From positions 1,451,696 through 1,515,695 of the forward strand of contig MU058540.1 of assembly GCA_013265495.1 (NCBI GenBank): a stretch of DNA of 64,000 nt, given 5' to 3'. Below, piece by piece: positions 34,999-48,095 of this stretch. The notes under the pieces are model-generated. The model had not been told where the DNA came from, made no database searches, and saw only the letters and a list, made by a program, of their open reading frames with translations. The stretch comes from Vicugna vicugna. Taxonomy: Eukaryota. How positions within the stretch are numbered: the first letter of the stretch is position 1; each line of letters begins with the position of its first letter. The position numbers and the translations under genes were made by a program.

Positions 34999-36460
34999 CA
35001 CGGCGAAAAGAAGGGAGAGGAGATCGTGGCGCTGTCAGACTCAGGAGCTCGGGACCTCACGCACCACTGCAGCCCAGGAGCTTACTTCCTGCCGTCGCGC
35101 TGCGATGACATCACCCGTACCGCTCCTCGGAGGGGTCATTTTGAGGCGCTAGTAGAGGATTTCAGGGCTCCTTGTTAATTCTGATTTGATGGCGGTGGGG
35201 AGAGGGAAAATTGAGGTTACGGAATTCAGCTTGTGGATTTTCCACTCTGGGAAACTAGGATTTGTAAGGGAGAGCTGTGTTGTTTATTGAAGGGTTTCTT
35301 TTTCCTTTCGGTCTTTCTAAAGACACACTATCAGTTAACTTCATTCATAATCCACTTTCCTCAGAGTAAAGTTTGGGGGCAGGAGAAAACTCAGTTGCGC
35401 TGCACCCCCTTGTCGTGGGACACGGCTACCGGGTAAACTCAGACCAGGACTCAACTTCGTACAGTTCATTTGGACAGAGACCGCTGGCCTGTGTTTACAT
35501 GGAATTGCCAGCATTTCTCTTCTGTTCCTCACGCACCTTAAAAAAAGTCATATAGCTTGAACTCCACAACTATTGAGCGCATACTTCGAGCCAGGAACAT
35601 CGCTAGTACCAGAAACAAAACAGGCATAGTTTCTACCCAACTGAATGATTTCCCCAATTCACCAGTACTCAAGATTGGCGTCGGATTCACCAATTGACTT
35701 TTTTTTGTCTTCACCAACTGACTTTTAATCAGTTCGGTTAATGTCATCAAAGTAAGTAGGAACACATCCAACTGGGAGGGAAGTCTTTCCTTTGAATGTT
35801 TCGCTTTAATGATCTATTTTAGCGGTTGGGAGCATGAAGTGGAGAAATTTCTACTTTAAAAATTTCCTCTTTTCCCTCATAGAGGTACAGAGGGGGGCAT
35901 TTTATTCACCTCTGTATCATTAGGTTCCCACACCCATTACATGTTTAATTTCTGCGTCCAGAAAGAACTGACTTGGAAATGTTGGTGCGCGTTACCATAT
36001 TTCTCTCTTTGTTTCTACACTGCTTGGATGAATTACCGTATTTCCTGCCCTGTGGGCTCCCAAAACCTTTGGGGAAGAAGTGCACGTTGAGAGGCGCGTA
36101 CAGGTGTACAGCATTTGTTTCCTTCTACTCGTACAGCGGGTGACCACGTGACGCTCTCCTCTTGCCCTGGGAAGCCTATTTCGGCGCAGCTGAGTCCACT
36201 TTGCGCAAACCACAGTCACCTGCGCCCGCCCGCCGAGCCCCGCCCAGCTAGGTGAACAAGGGGGCGGGGCGCGGGGGCGCGGTGACGCGTGACGCCAGAT
36301 CCCGGAAGTGACGCGCTCCTGGGGAGAAAAGGCGGGGGGGAGGGGGGTGGTGTCCCCGGCCGGTTTGGGGGGTGCGTTGCCCGGAGACGGAAAGTTTGGG
36401 AGCCGGTACAGGCTCCGCGGCGGTCCCGGTAGTGGGGTCTGGGGGGCGGCGGCCCTGGGG

Positions 36461-36654
36461 ATGGGGAAGGAGCAGGAGCTGCTGGAGGCGGCCCGCACGG
36501 GGCACCTCCCGGCCGTGGAGAAGCTGCTGTCCGGGAAGCGGCTCTCCTCAGGCTTCGGGGGCGGCGGCGGCGGCGGCGGCGGCGGCTCCGGGGGCAGCAG
36601 CAGTGGCGGCGGCGGTCTCGGCTCCTCGAGCCATCCCCTCTCCAGTCTGCTCAG
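36461..36654 (+). CDS. ANKS1A: ANKS1A (Odin; ankyrin repeat and SAM domain 1A) exon 1 CDS; rest of gene lies beyond the window
   Basis: [33 protein letters not shown]10[22 protein letters not shown](S)|gtgagt; recognised N-terminus; synteny with TAF11 and BLTP3A. Confidence 0.95.
36557..36586 (+). repeat. Coding GGG(GGC)9 trinucleotide repeat encoding Gly10
   Basis: Directly visible in ANKS1A exon 1. Confidence 0.95.
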
Positions 36655-39439
36655 GTGAGTAATGCTCCGGGGCCGGGCAGCCGCCTGGAGACCCCCTTTC
36701 CCCTTCCCGTTTCGTAGGTCCCCAGAGAGGTCGTGGCTCTGGAGACCCAAGTGGGGTGGGTTTGCTCGTGTCTCGGGGCGAGAGCAGGTGGCCCAAGGGG
36801 CAAGGGGCGCCGGTGCGGGTCCGCGCGGCTTCGGGTTCTCCCGGTCTCGCGTCCTGACCCGGCTGCGAAGAATGGTGGGAGTGCCCAGGTGGCAGCCTCC
36901 ACCGCATGGTACAGCCCGGCTTCACACTCGCCCGCTGTCGGGTGCCAGCTGTTGTATTTCAAACCACTTTAGAGCAAAAAATATGTGTATTTTAAATCTC
37001 CCTCATCTCCTGCAGAAACTCCCACGCCTTGCAGAATCTCAGGGTTCCCCTGGAAGAAATTCTCTTGATTCCCTTCCTTTGGGAACTTGGAACCTTCTAC
37101 AGGGCTCTGCGGGACGTGGCTTTTGTTGTTTATATTAAAATTGTCTCTGGGTTTATCACATTCAGAGTGTTATTTGAGCCCCTTTTGTGCTTGAAGCTTA
37201 AATTCTGGTGCCTTGTAGTAAACCTCATTGGATTAGTCTGTTAAGTGGCATATGCAGGATTCATCAGGGGGTTTATTCATCAAAAAATAAAGCTATGGAA
37301 AGACTTGTTTAGGAAACTGAAGGGTACTTTAAACTTTTCCAAGGTCTGTTGTTAAACACTTGAATCTGGAACTGTAAGGATTGAGAGAAAAAGGTCACAT
37401 TTGTGTGGCTTGGAGAGGGAATTGGAGGTGCTTTGTCAGTGTGAGTAAAATGTGTTGTTTCAGCAGCACTTTCATAGCCTGTTTTCTTTTCCTTCCTTGT
37501 TCTTTTGAGGTTTTTAAGAAGTGGAAGTTCATTTAGAAATGGCTGTGTTTGTTTTTGTTCCCCATTAGTTTATGTAACTTCGATTTGCCTGAGCTTGGAC
37601 CAAGGAGCCCAAGGCTCTAACAAATTGTTAGATATTAAGCACTGAGTGCAAACCCAGGTGTCTACAGAAGATTTTAAAGAGCAGTATGAGAGAAGAACTC
37701 TTACAACGAGTTATTTTGGGGAGGCAAAAACTAGTACCATTTGGGGCAGTTTCTCCAGCCACTAGAACAATGCTGTCACATTGTACTCAGGGTTTGTTGA
37801 ATAAATAAAAGTATCAATTAGAGAATGATACATTTCTACATGAACTGATGGTGGTACTTACTGTTAGTAGTTCAGAAAAATGAGATATCACTTTGGGATG
37901 AGATGGAGATCAGGGCTTTCAGGAGGAGGGGGACTTCAGCTGACTTTGAAGGACCTGAGGATTTGGGTAGGTGAAGTTCTGTGAGAGTGTTCCAGGTGGG
38001 CACACCATGATCAGGGGCAAGGAAGTGGGAAAGGAGACTTATTTGGTGTTAGTGGGTTACTAAAAGAACTCTCTGCCTAGACCCTTGAGTGGTTGGATGT
38101 GATAAAAGGAAATAATAATGGGTGGGCTTACTTCCATCTTTCAGAGTGTCTTAGTCTTTCTTATGTTTAAATTACTAGTTCCTATATCAGTGCCAGACAG
38201 AGACGTTCAGTAAATGTACTTTGAATGCACAAATTGGGTTTTGACTCTTAACTGGATTACTTTTATATTTCTGCACTTGTGATGCCTGAGAGACAAGAGA
38301 AAGACCATACAAGTTTGAAGGTGCCTTTCTCTAATGAGGTGAATGCTGTAGCATTTGGAGTTTGCCAAAGATACTGTAACCTACAGTATGTCCTGCTGTA
38401 GTGAGAAACTTTCACATATCTCCTGCCTTCAAGTTATTCTTAGTTCTCTTGCTCAGAGGCTGTTGAAATTTTGCTGAGGATTTAGCTGCCTTGTAGTTAA
38501 GTAAGACTAGAGAGTCTTTGTTGAGCACAATATTTTTTCACTCTGGGCCTCATGCTGATATGTCTAGTCTCTGTCATAAAGTGTGAATGGTGTCTCCATT
38601 CCCTTGTGTAAGAGATCTGATACCTTCTGACTTGCTCCTGTATCTGTTGTAGCGATGGTGGATGGCATGAGAGTTGCCCTAGCCTCTCTTCCCTCTGACT
38701 CCTAAGGGCAGGGAGGATCTGCAGGCACTAGTTACACTAGGTATGTCATTAATTAGAGGTGACTCTGGTTCAACTAGTGAAAGATTTTGGTGAAAATGAG
38801 ACCATGCATTTAGATAATCCCTAGGCCAGCATGTCCTCCCTTTTTAGGTTTGGAAGTAGTAGAGGGTAGGTCCCCTGTGCCCACACTCCCAACCTCAGGG
38901 ATCCTGGGTTATTTAATGAGAACTGTAGAATCATGGCTTTAGCTTTGGCCCATTAGTATTGCCAGTTGCAACCTATGTTTGTCCAGCTGTTTTAAGTAAC
39001 CAAGTAAAGCAGTCAGGAATAGGAGCTTACAGCTGCAGTGAATATAAATGTTCCAGACCACATGTGTGTTTGTCCACTCATCTGTTTATGACCCCTCCTA
39101 CCCCCTCATTCCACAAAGGCTTTGTGCTTATTCCTAAGCTACAAAATGCCTCCTCTCTCACCCCATCCCTTTCTCTTATGCTGCTTGGGCTTAGGTCTTA
39201 ACTTCTTAAAGCCCTCCCTAATGACCCTAATACACGCAGCCTTCTGCTTGTTTGGAACCCATTATCTGCAGTAGCTCTTCAACTCATACTTTGCTTGCCT
39301 ATTTTTCACAATTTATAGTCACCCTCGCCAATTGAGAACATACCTGAAAATAAGAAAGTCAGCAAAGAAGACTTCTACTAGGGGGGAAAAAGCTGTTATC
39401 CCTTTTGACTGTCACTTATTTACTATACATTTTTTCAGA

Positions 39440-39685
39440 GGTTGTATATATAGTATGATGCTTGTTAAGACCACTTGTTCTGAAGTCAGACTGCCTGGAT
39501 TCACATTCCACTGCCACCAGTGAGTAGCTGCTTGATATTCTACAAATTACTCAACCACTTTGAGCCTCAATTTCTGCATCTGTGAAATGGGGATAATATT
39601 ATTTGCCTTAGAGGTGTTATCTTAGATGATGAGTGTAAGAAACTTCCCACAGTTTTCTGGCACATTTTAAGTGCTCACTGTTAGG
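39440..39685 (+). mobile_element. MIR SINE
   Basis: gtcagactgcctggattcac...gagcctcaatttctgcatctgtgaaatggggataat. Confidence 0.75.
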
Positions 39686-42600
39686 CTTCCTCGGTTTAGT
39701 TCAGCACGTACAATTTTGCCATATCTGCTGTGGGCAGAGTACCATGGCGGACACATTTTTGTTGTTGTTTTTATTTATTTTTTTAAACACCTTATGGTGG
39801 TATGGTTCCTGTACAGTAAACTACACATATTTCAGATGTACAATTTGATGAACTTTGATAGATGTATACACCAATGAAACCACTACCACACTGAAGATAG
39901 CTAACATTTCTATCACTCCCCAAGAGGTGCAATTTTTGAATTCCCCATTTATCCCTTCCCACCTCCCTTTATCCACTGGTAACCATAAGTTTGTTCACTA
40001 TGTCTGTGAGTCTGTTTTGTAGGTAAGTTCATTTGAGACATGTTTTAAATGTTATTCTTTCACACTTGAAATCTGTTTTCCAAGCCGGTGCAGATTGGAA
40101 GCAGTCAATTAGGGAGAGGCTCTGCTCAGGCAGGCATGTTAATGACGTTCACTCACTAAACGCTTACCCATCATCTCCTTTGTGCCAGGCCAATTGTTAG
40201 ACACACTGCAGAGTTTATCTCAGACCTGGCACATAGTAGGTGCTCTATCAAAATTAGTCCCTCTCCCAATACAGTACATTTATAGTAGCATGATTGTGTG
40301 ACAGACTGAAAAGTGAGGGACAGGAAAAGTGGTTAAAGTCAAGCAGAATTTTTGCCACCCTCAGTAATTCGAGACTATTAACACAGATGTGTGCATCCTT
40401 ACACACCTGCTTAGGCCCAAGGCCTCATTGTACTATAGCTTAGTGCTGTAATAGCTGTTTTTTTGACTCTTAGCCAGTCAAAGATTAAATTATGTTCAGT
40501 ATAGCTTGTTAATGAAAGTACAAAAAACATTTTAGTTTTCTATCCAAAATGATTCAGGTATAATTTTTGTTGCTTCAGAGGACAAGCAATTGATGATCTA
40601 GAAGGCATAGTTAACCTAAATGCCTAGTCCTACAGAGATTCTAGAATAGCATGGATTTGAATGGATGCATGTTTTTAGTCTGTAGCTTGGGACAGGCACT
40701 GTATTAAACTTAAAAAAAAACTCATGGTATTTTTCAGCTCTGGGCATATAGTGGGCACTCAGATTCTCACTTAATGGGGAGTTTGACACGTTTATGGTTA
40801 TAGTGAAACTACTGATTTTCAGAAAAGCAACTTCTGTGTGAGAATACAGTAAGATTTGAGTTAAAAGTGAATTCTGCCAAGTAAGGGGCAAAAGTTCTGA
40901 GGAAAGGAAATGTTAAAAGAAAATATCAAATATTAGCTTAAAACTATAAAATGAATTATGAGCTAAATACCTGATTTGTATGAATGTGAATGTATGTAAA
41001 TGACGTGAAGTGAAATGCACTCCTCAGGGTTCAGAAGCACAGAGAAACTAGACCAAAGGCTGGAGCTGAGGAGTAGATTGTGTCATGATCTAGGGGAGTT
41101 CTAGACCTGATACCTTAAGCATGAGAAGAGTGAGTAAGAAAAGAAGCCAAAGAGGCTTGCTGGAGAAGTCTGGAAATTTATAGACAGTAGCAATAAATGT
41201 GGCTGTAAACCAGATTTTACTCTGCTGTGGGCAGGGGGAGACTATCCAAAAACAGTCACGAGTTTCCCACAGATATGAAAAGGTTCTGAAATAAGGAATG
41301 GAGAATGAAGTTTTGAAAAAATGGACCCCATTTAGGGGACAATAACAGGTTCTCCCCAAATGTCAGAATATATGACAAAGTTATTCATTGTTTAAGATCA
41401 GTCTGAAGACTCATTCCTGATACTTACTTAAGGACTTCAGACTAAAAAAAAAATAATCACTCTAACCATTCGATTGAAATGGCCTCTCTTCCCCCCCCCC
41501 CAGAATGGATCTGTAGCTTGGAAATTATAATGAGATGACAGCTTTTTCTCATGCTGACCCTTTTACTTTTGTCCTCCTATTGTGCCAGATTTCTTTTGAA
41601 CGTGCCCATTTGAGCAAGGTGATTTTAACATCCTGAGGAAGAAAGCAACACTGACCATGTAAGAATTGTAGAGTGGGAGGGCTTGGAAGCAGGAATTCAT
41701 GGATTTATCTGATCTAAGTACCTGCTCTTCTAAGAGAATGCAAAAATGAAACAACAAAACAAAACACAGCTATTTATTAGGATAGCAGTTTTCTGGATCT
41801 TCCACAAAACCTCCTTAATTCATTAAAAATAGTTTTTAAAAAACTTTTTAAGATACATCTTTAAGTGTAATTTTATTGGGATGACAGTCCTTTTCTTTTA
41901 CTTTGGAATTGCTGCACATTTTTGCTTTCTCTAAAGTAGAATGTGGTTCCCCTGTTAAAACAAAACGAAAAAGGTAGCATGCCTGGAAATGACTTCTGTG
42001 TGATTACTTCATATCGAAAGATCTAGAGAATGCCTAATCTTAAACTGAGCAAGGCATCTACTTGTAGTATAAGATAATTTAACAGAAGTTTGGTAAATCA
42101 GGGATCTCCCTTTTCCTGAATTCTCCCATTGAAGTTCAGTTTTTACTGTCTTAGTTGCAAAAATTAGAGACAGGAAACACTGAAACTATCTTGTGAAGAA
42201 TTTGGTTTGTATCCAGTCAGCTCCAGCTTGTTCACTTCTCCTGGGAGGTTATGATCCCAGTGAAAGTTGCATCCTTGGCCAGAAAAATCCCTTCAGAAGG
42301 TTCTTTCCCCACCCCCATCCCTCTTGGTTTGCTCACCTCAAACAGCTGTGAATTTTGGTTTGCAGAAGGAAGTTAAGGCTATTTCTGCCCTAGTCTTCAG
42401 TAGGGAAAGTAAATTACTGGGTGTTATAGCCCAGAGACACCAAGGAAACCCGAAAAGTAGATAGTAGAGAGTTTGTTCTTGGAAATGTCAGGTTCTCTTG
42501 TGGGCAGAAACTGAGTCTTTTCTGGAGAGCCCTCAGAAAATGTTCCCCACACTGATTTCCAAAAGATTACTGGCAGATTTTTTGTGGTATAGAAAATTAT

Positions 42601-44269
42601 ATTGTTACATTCATAAAACATCTTCAAATAACTTTGGTGTGGTTGGAGTTAATAGTAGTAATACTAGAAATTATATGGTATGGCTTCGTATTTATTCTTT
42701 CTCAGTAATTTGTAGATCAAGTTTATTTAATTTACAAATCAAAAGAGTTTTTAAAACAAGCCAGTTGTCTCTGTTCTACTTGTGATGTTATTACCACTAT
42801 TAAAAACCGGGGAGATGATCCAGGGAGCAGAATTTAACTGGTGAGAATTTAGCATGGCGGCCAAGGCTCAGGCTCTGACCCAACTCTACCTTGTGACTTA
42901 GGCAAGTTATATAACCTCTCTGAGCATCTGTGTCTTTATATGTGTAATAGGCCTAGATTAGTACCTACCTCCTGAAGCAGTATCCCGTGAGCTAAGGTAT
43001 GTAAGATGCATAATGCCTGGCACGTGCCAAGGGCTTGATGAGCCTGGGCTGCTTCTGTCATCTGGTGGGAGCCCAATGCTTACCACCTTTGATGAATCTG
43101 GAATGATAATCCTGTTTGTTATGGACTTTTTAAAAAATTGATGTTCCTATTTAAAAATTTGTAATAATTGATAGCAGAGTTTCCCAACATTTTCAAATAT
43201 GAGTCTCATTTTAAAAAGCCTTAAAGTGGTAACGGTGGCAGAGTTCACAATCTCTTGTCTGAAATCTTGGGGTTTAGAATCCAGAGTTTTGGGGTTGTTG
43301 GAGAGTAGTACTGAGCCCCTGGTGGTACCTGGGGCAACACCCTGAAACGTTATGTTTTTGCAGTAAAACCTGTTAATATTCACACTAAATGGAATAAATA
43401 TGAAACAGCTTCACATCAGTCTAGGTCAGGTTTTACACCTGAACGACTTTGCCACTAACTTTTGGAAGTGTATTTCCAGAACCCTTTGGATTTCTGAATT
43501 GTAGATATGGAATTATAGACTTCTGCCTTTATTATAGAAAAACTGCTGGACAAGTAAAAGCATAAAGAAGACAATAAAATCATCTATACTTCCACCACCT
43601 AAAGAAATTCTCTTGTAATTTTGGTGTACATACTTTGGTTTTTTCTCTATTCAGCATTTTTTTTTCCAAACAGAAGTGACATTATTCTGTACATATTTTG
43701 TCTCAAATTTCCACTTAATATATTGTGAACATTTTCCTATCATTTTCTATTCTCAACCTCCTTTTAAATGGGTATGTGAAATTCCATAGTGTGTATGAAC
43801 TGTAATTTGTTTAATCCATCCCTTGCCATTGAACATGAGTTTGTTTTTAGTTTTCTGCTGTTGGAACAGCACTGTGATGTACGCTGTTGTAGATAAGTTT
43901 TTGTGTATGTATGTGCTTATAACGTTTTATATACTCAGTAGGTTAGTTGATGTAATTTGAATATTAAACCATTGCAAAAATCACATGTGTAGTTGGATTT
44001 GAGGACTCTTGAATAGTTCCAAGGCCCCTTACATCTCCCGGGTCCTTCTGATTGGAAAATAATATACTGATCTATGGCTGCTAAATGCTGCTTGTATTTA
44101 AGAAGTTACCTTTGTGCAGATACAGGGCTTTCAATAGTCAGATTGGGGCCTCTTGGGTCCTTCTTCAGAGGCAAAATGTTTAGAGGAGGGTCATTAATAA
44201 TACAGATTTGTGGAGCAATATGCTCCAAGCAGGATGAAACAGAAACCATTTTGTTTTTGTCTTTTGTTG

Positions 44270-45245
44270 TTCTAGCTTTTGTTATGGAAATTTCAAACAT
44301 ACAGAAGTCTAGAGAATAATATAATGAATCCTTTTGTACTGTAAGTACCCATAAAATAGTTATCAGCTTATGGCTAATTTTGTTTCTTTTTATCATTCCC
44401 TCCCTCCCCAACTCAATTATTTTGAAGAAAATCTATATATCACATTATTCAAGTATGTATCTCTAAAAGATAAGGACTCTTTAAAAAAATATTCACAATA
44501 CCATTATCACACCTAAAAATGGCAATTCCTTAAAACCATCAAATGTTCAGAGTTCAAATTTTCCATATGGTCAAATATTTTATTTTATATTTTACAATTT
44601 ATTCAAATCTGTGTTCAAACAAGGTCCATACATTGCTTTTGCTTGGTCTGTCACATAAATCTTTTTAAATCTGTGGATTTCATATCTGTCATTTTTTTCA
44701 TTCCACTTTGTTGAAGATAAAAGGTCATTTGCCCCACTTCCCACAGTCTTGGTTTTGCTGATTGCATCTCTGAGGTATCATTCAGCATATTCATCTGTCC
44801 CCTGTATTTCCTGTAAGCTGGAAATCAGATCTAGAGACTTGGGCTGCTTCAGGTTTAAATTGCCTGGCAGGATTTCTTCCTAGAGGATGTTATGTACATC
44901 CTTCTGTTTAGTCTTCTTTTTGGTGATGTTGGTAGCCATTGATGTTCACAGTCCAGATCCATGATTTAATTAAGAGTTAGCAAAGTGGTGCTATTTTCAT
45001 TTCTATTTTACCTTCTTCGGTTATTAACTGGAATGCTTTTTAGAGAAACTTTATAGAGAAACCTCATGTTATCAACTACTTGGTTACCCTGAGGTACAGT
45101 TTGTGCAGGAAAGATGGTTTAAATGCTTGGTTCTCTCTCTTTATTTACCAGTTTTCAGATCAAGTTGGTTTCCTAGTAGTCTTCAGAGGTGTCCAATGAG
45201 TTTCTTGTGAATAATCATTATGAACTCATACATGTAAACATGTTT
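44270..45245 (-). mobile_element. Old L1MC/L1ME 3' remnant
   Basis: ttatggaaatttcaaacatacagaagtctagagaataatataatgaa...ttattttgaag...; approximate ends. Confidence 0.65.
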
Positions 45246-47509
45246 GTGCTTCAATAATAACCCTTTTAAAATGTGCTCTGAGGCATTTACACTTTGCCAA
45301 TTTTACTTTACTATGAAAGCAGTTGAATTGGTTTGTAATGAAGTGGCGTTGTGTGTATTTGTGTATTTTAATTGAGTACTCTTTCTACTCAGAGTCCCCC
45401 AGTTTGTGCTGTTTCATCCGGTCGTTTGCAAATCAAGCATTTTAATCTTTCAGACTATAGATTAGTTCAGTTGGTTTCTAGTCTTTTTTTTTTTTTTTAA
45501 CTTTCCTGCTGGCCATACATGGCCCTATTGGTTAGAAACTGCTTTCTAAAAGATACTCTAGGGACCTAAGCAACCAAATTTCCCTAGATTAAAATTATGA
45601 AAGATCCACTTAAAATGGTGTTTTCCCACCAGCTTTATGGGGTGGTTCTAGGTACAAATTTAGATGTGTCAAGCTGAGTTGTTACTTATTCAGTCTCATG
45701 TTACTCTGAACATGTTGCATAGGGTCGTACTTTTTACATAAACGTGGAAGAATCAGCTGAATTGTCTTTGATTAAATATACTAAGCATAGGTTTCTGTCT
45801 CCTTATTATTGATTTCTGAGTTATTGCATTCAGAGCTCCCACTCATAGGTCTGATTTTGAGTTCCTGTTCTGTCATCTATATATTTTCTTTTCTTGGTTT
45901 GGAGCTCAACTATATAATGAAAGCATTTCTTTTGTTAAATTTTATCCATTGGTTTTATGTGTTTGGATTTGGGGTGGGATGTCTGGGTCGGGGTCCTTCT
46001 ACTTTGGCTTAGGCTCCTCCATTGACCAGCCGTACAAATGCTACATCTGTAGAATCAATTTAAAAGTGATAAAAGCAGCACATGGAACCACTTATTTGTT
46101 TTTCTTTTTGACAGTTGTTACGACAGTCAGGGTTCTACTTCAGAGAGATCTTGGCCTCTATTAGGCAATGACAGCATCCAGCTCCATCATAATGACTGAC
46201 TTCACAGCACTTTCATGTTGGACTTTCAGTTTCTTTACAGAGCATGGTCATTAGTTAAGATGAAAAATGAAAATAAAAGTAAGAGAAGAAGTATATTGGA
46301 CTTCATTTACTGAATAAGGAAAATGTGTCTTAAGACACTGCAGCTTCATTGTGCCGATTTAGCACTGTTGAGTTGAATGGTGCTTACTTCTTGCAAGACT
46401 GAGGCTGTGGCTCTGCCTCCACATAGTGGGGTCCATCCTTTGTCATGGCTACACCTCGCACTTATCCCTGCCAGTGATGACTAGAAGCAACAGGATGTAT
46501 GGAGAACAGCCTTTTCCTTTACTGTGACTGGAAAAGCAGCTCCCATTTGTCCCACTAAAATAGTACCAGTAATCAAGATTTATTGAACATTCACTGATAT
46601 TGGATTAATAGCACTAATTTCAAAGGCATATTAAGTGCTTGTCCTTACTGAGATTAAGAAAATAAAATTTTTTATTATCGTCCATCCTTTTGTTCATTCT
46701 GTGACTTTTAACTTTGCACATGTACAATCAGATCTCCTAATTACAGTTCTTTTCAGTCATAGCCAAAGCTTAAAATCTCAAGCATTTTAATTTTTTTAAG
46801 GAGCATTTTATTTGAAAAAATTGAAAACTCCCTCTTCTAACCTATGAAAAAGTAGAGATAGTGGTGCTCTCACTTGAGTTATCAGATATTTAGAAGACTA
46901 ACTAGTTTATTTGGAGATGGCACTTTATTTAACCTTAGGAGGCTCCTTCTTAAAGGGGGTTTCTGCCTTTACCCCAGCCCTTTTTGTCTGAGTGAACCAA
47001 CCTGTTGACTTTTGTTTTCCATTCACCTGAGTAAGCATTCAGTGTTATTTTCTTTTCAGGTTCCTTTAAACACAATCCGCTTCTCAAGTTATTTTTCCTT
47101 TTGAGTTATAGTCGAGACCTGCTTCTAAGAAGTCTGATGGCCAGAAAAGCTTTCAAAACCGATCAATTCAGGGCTGTTTACCAGGACTCTTAGACTTTCT
47201 GATATTTGTTTTCAGATCCTTAGCCCTTTGTTGAGCGTGGAGAGGAGCCCTGGTCCTGGCTTTGTTCATAACTGTTGGTGTTGTGTTCTCTACGCTTCCT
47301 CTGATCCAGCCTGATTCTGGATCGTGGTTGGGTCCAGTCACCTGATTCTTGCTTCTTTAGGTTGCCTCACAGCCCTGATAAAACGTCAGTGAAAGCCCAG
47401 CCCGCAGAGCAGTATTTGAGGCAGTTAACGCACAGTTAATTCCCAGCAGCTCGGAGCTGTCCCTCCAGACTGTATGGGAGATGAGTACGCACATGTTGTG
47501 GGGGGGTAG

Positions 47510-48095
47510 TTCACTTCTTGAGCACCTAATACTTTGTGCCAAGAACTTAACTTTACATCTGCATTTTCCTCAGTCTATCTTTGCAACATGCCTGCTAGGT
47601 AATTGTTATTGTCCCCATTTTACAGATGAAAGAGCAAAGGTTCAGGGGGAGGTTAAAATGACCAGCCCAGGGCTACACAGAGGAGGGCAGAGCCAGGCAG
47701 TGTCCCTGACTCCCAGAACTGTTGTTGCTTGTAAAGCACTACACTTGACCACTTAGGAACTCAGTGTCATTGGGTGAGATTCAAACCATCACTTACTATA
47801 TGCTTAGGTAAAATTTTACCAAAAAAGATTAATCAGGGATTTATTTATTTTAATTGTTGATTTTATCACACTTTTTTGCCATACACAGTTCTTAAGCACT
47901 TTATACATATTAATTCATTTTGTCCTTATAACAACTCTTTGGGGAAGGCACTAGTAGTATTGCCATTTTACTGGTGAGGAAACTGAAGCACAGAGACATC
48001 AAGTAACTTGCCCACGGTAGTGAGCTGGTAAGTGGTGGGGCTTGGTTTTGAACCCAGGCAGACTGGCTCCACAGAGTCCTTAGTCTTAGCTTTTA
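47510..48095 (-). mobile_element. Two MIR SINEs (~47510-47755 and ~47870-48095)
   Basis: ccccattttacagatgaaagag and ccattttactggtgaggaaactgaagcacagag cores. Confidence 0.75.

Larger units (their letters stand above)
34700..36950. promoter_or_regulatory. Divergent TAF11/ANKS1A promoter region with two CpG-rich segments (~34700-35160 and ~36130-36950)
   Basis: High CpG density; ATGs 1.46 kb apart, head-to-head. TAF11 side: ETS core ACTTCCTG 35084-35091, CRE-like TGACATCA 35106-35113. ANKS1A side: E-box CACGTG ~36145-36150, GC box GGGGCGGGGC 36261-36270, repeated TGACGC half-CREs, ETS CCGGAAGTG 36302-36310. Confidence 0.85.

Noticed and set aside
35687..35727. Short imperfect direct repeat tcaccaa(t/c)tgactttt between the promoters (also agtgtaagatata x2 at 32393-32420)
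   Set aside because: Small slippage duplications with no evidence of function
35992..36925. Long antisense/overlapping ORFs (252, 125, 103 aa) over ANKS1A exon 1
   Set aside because: Stop-poor CpG-island DNA; Pro/Ala/Gly low-complexity products mirror the GGC repeat; no recognisable domain
39750..40045. Possible third L1 transduction/chimera (young L1 piece joined to an L1MB-like piece)
   Set aside because: The young piece lacks its own 3' end and the candidate TSD is short and mismatched; adjacent fragments or a deletion explain it equally well
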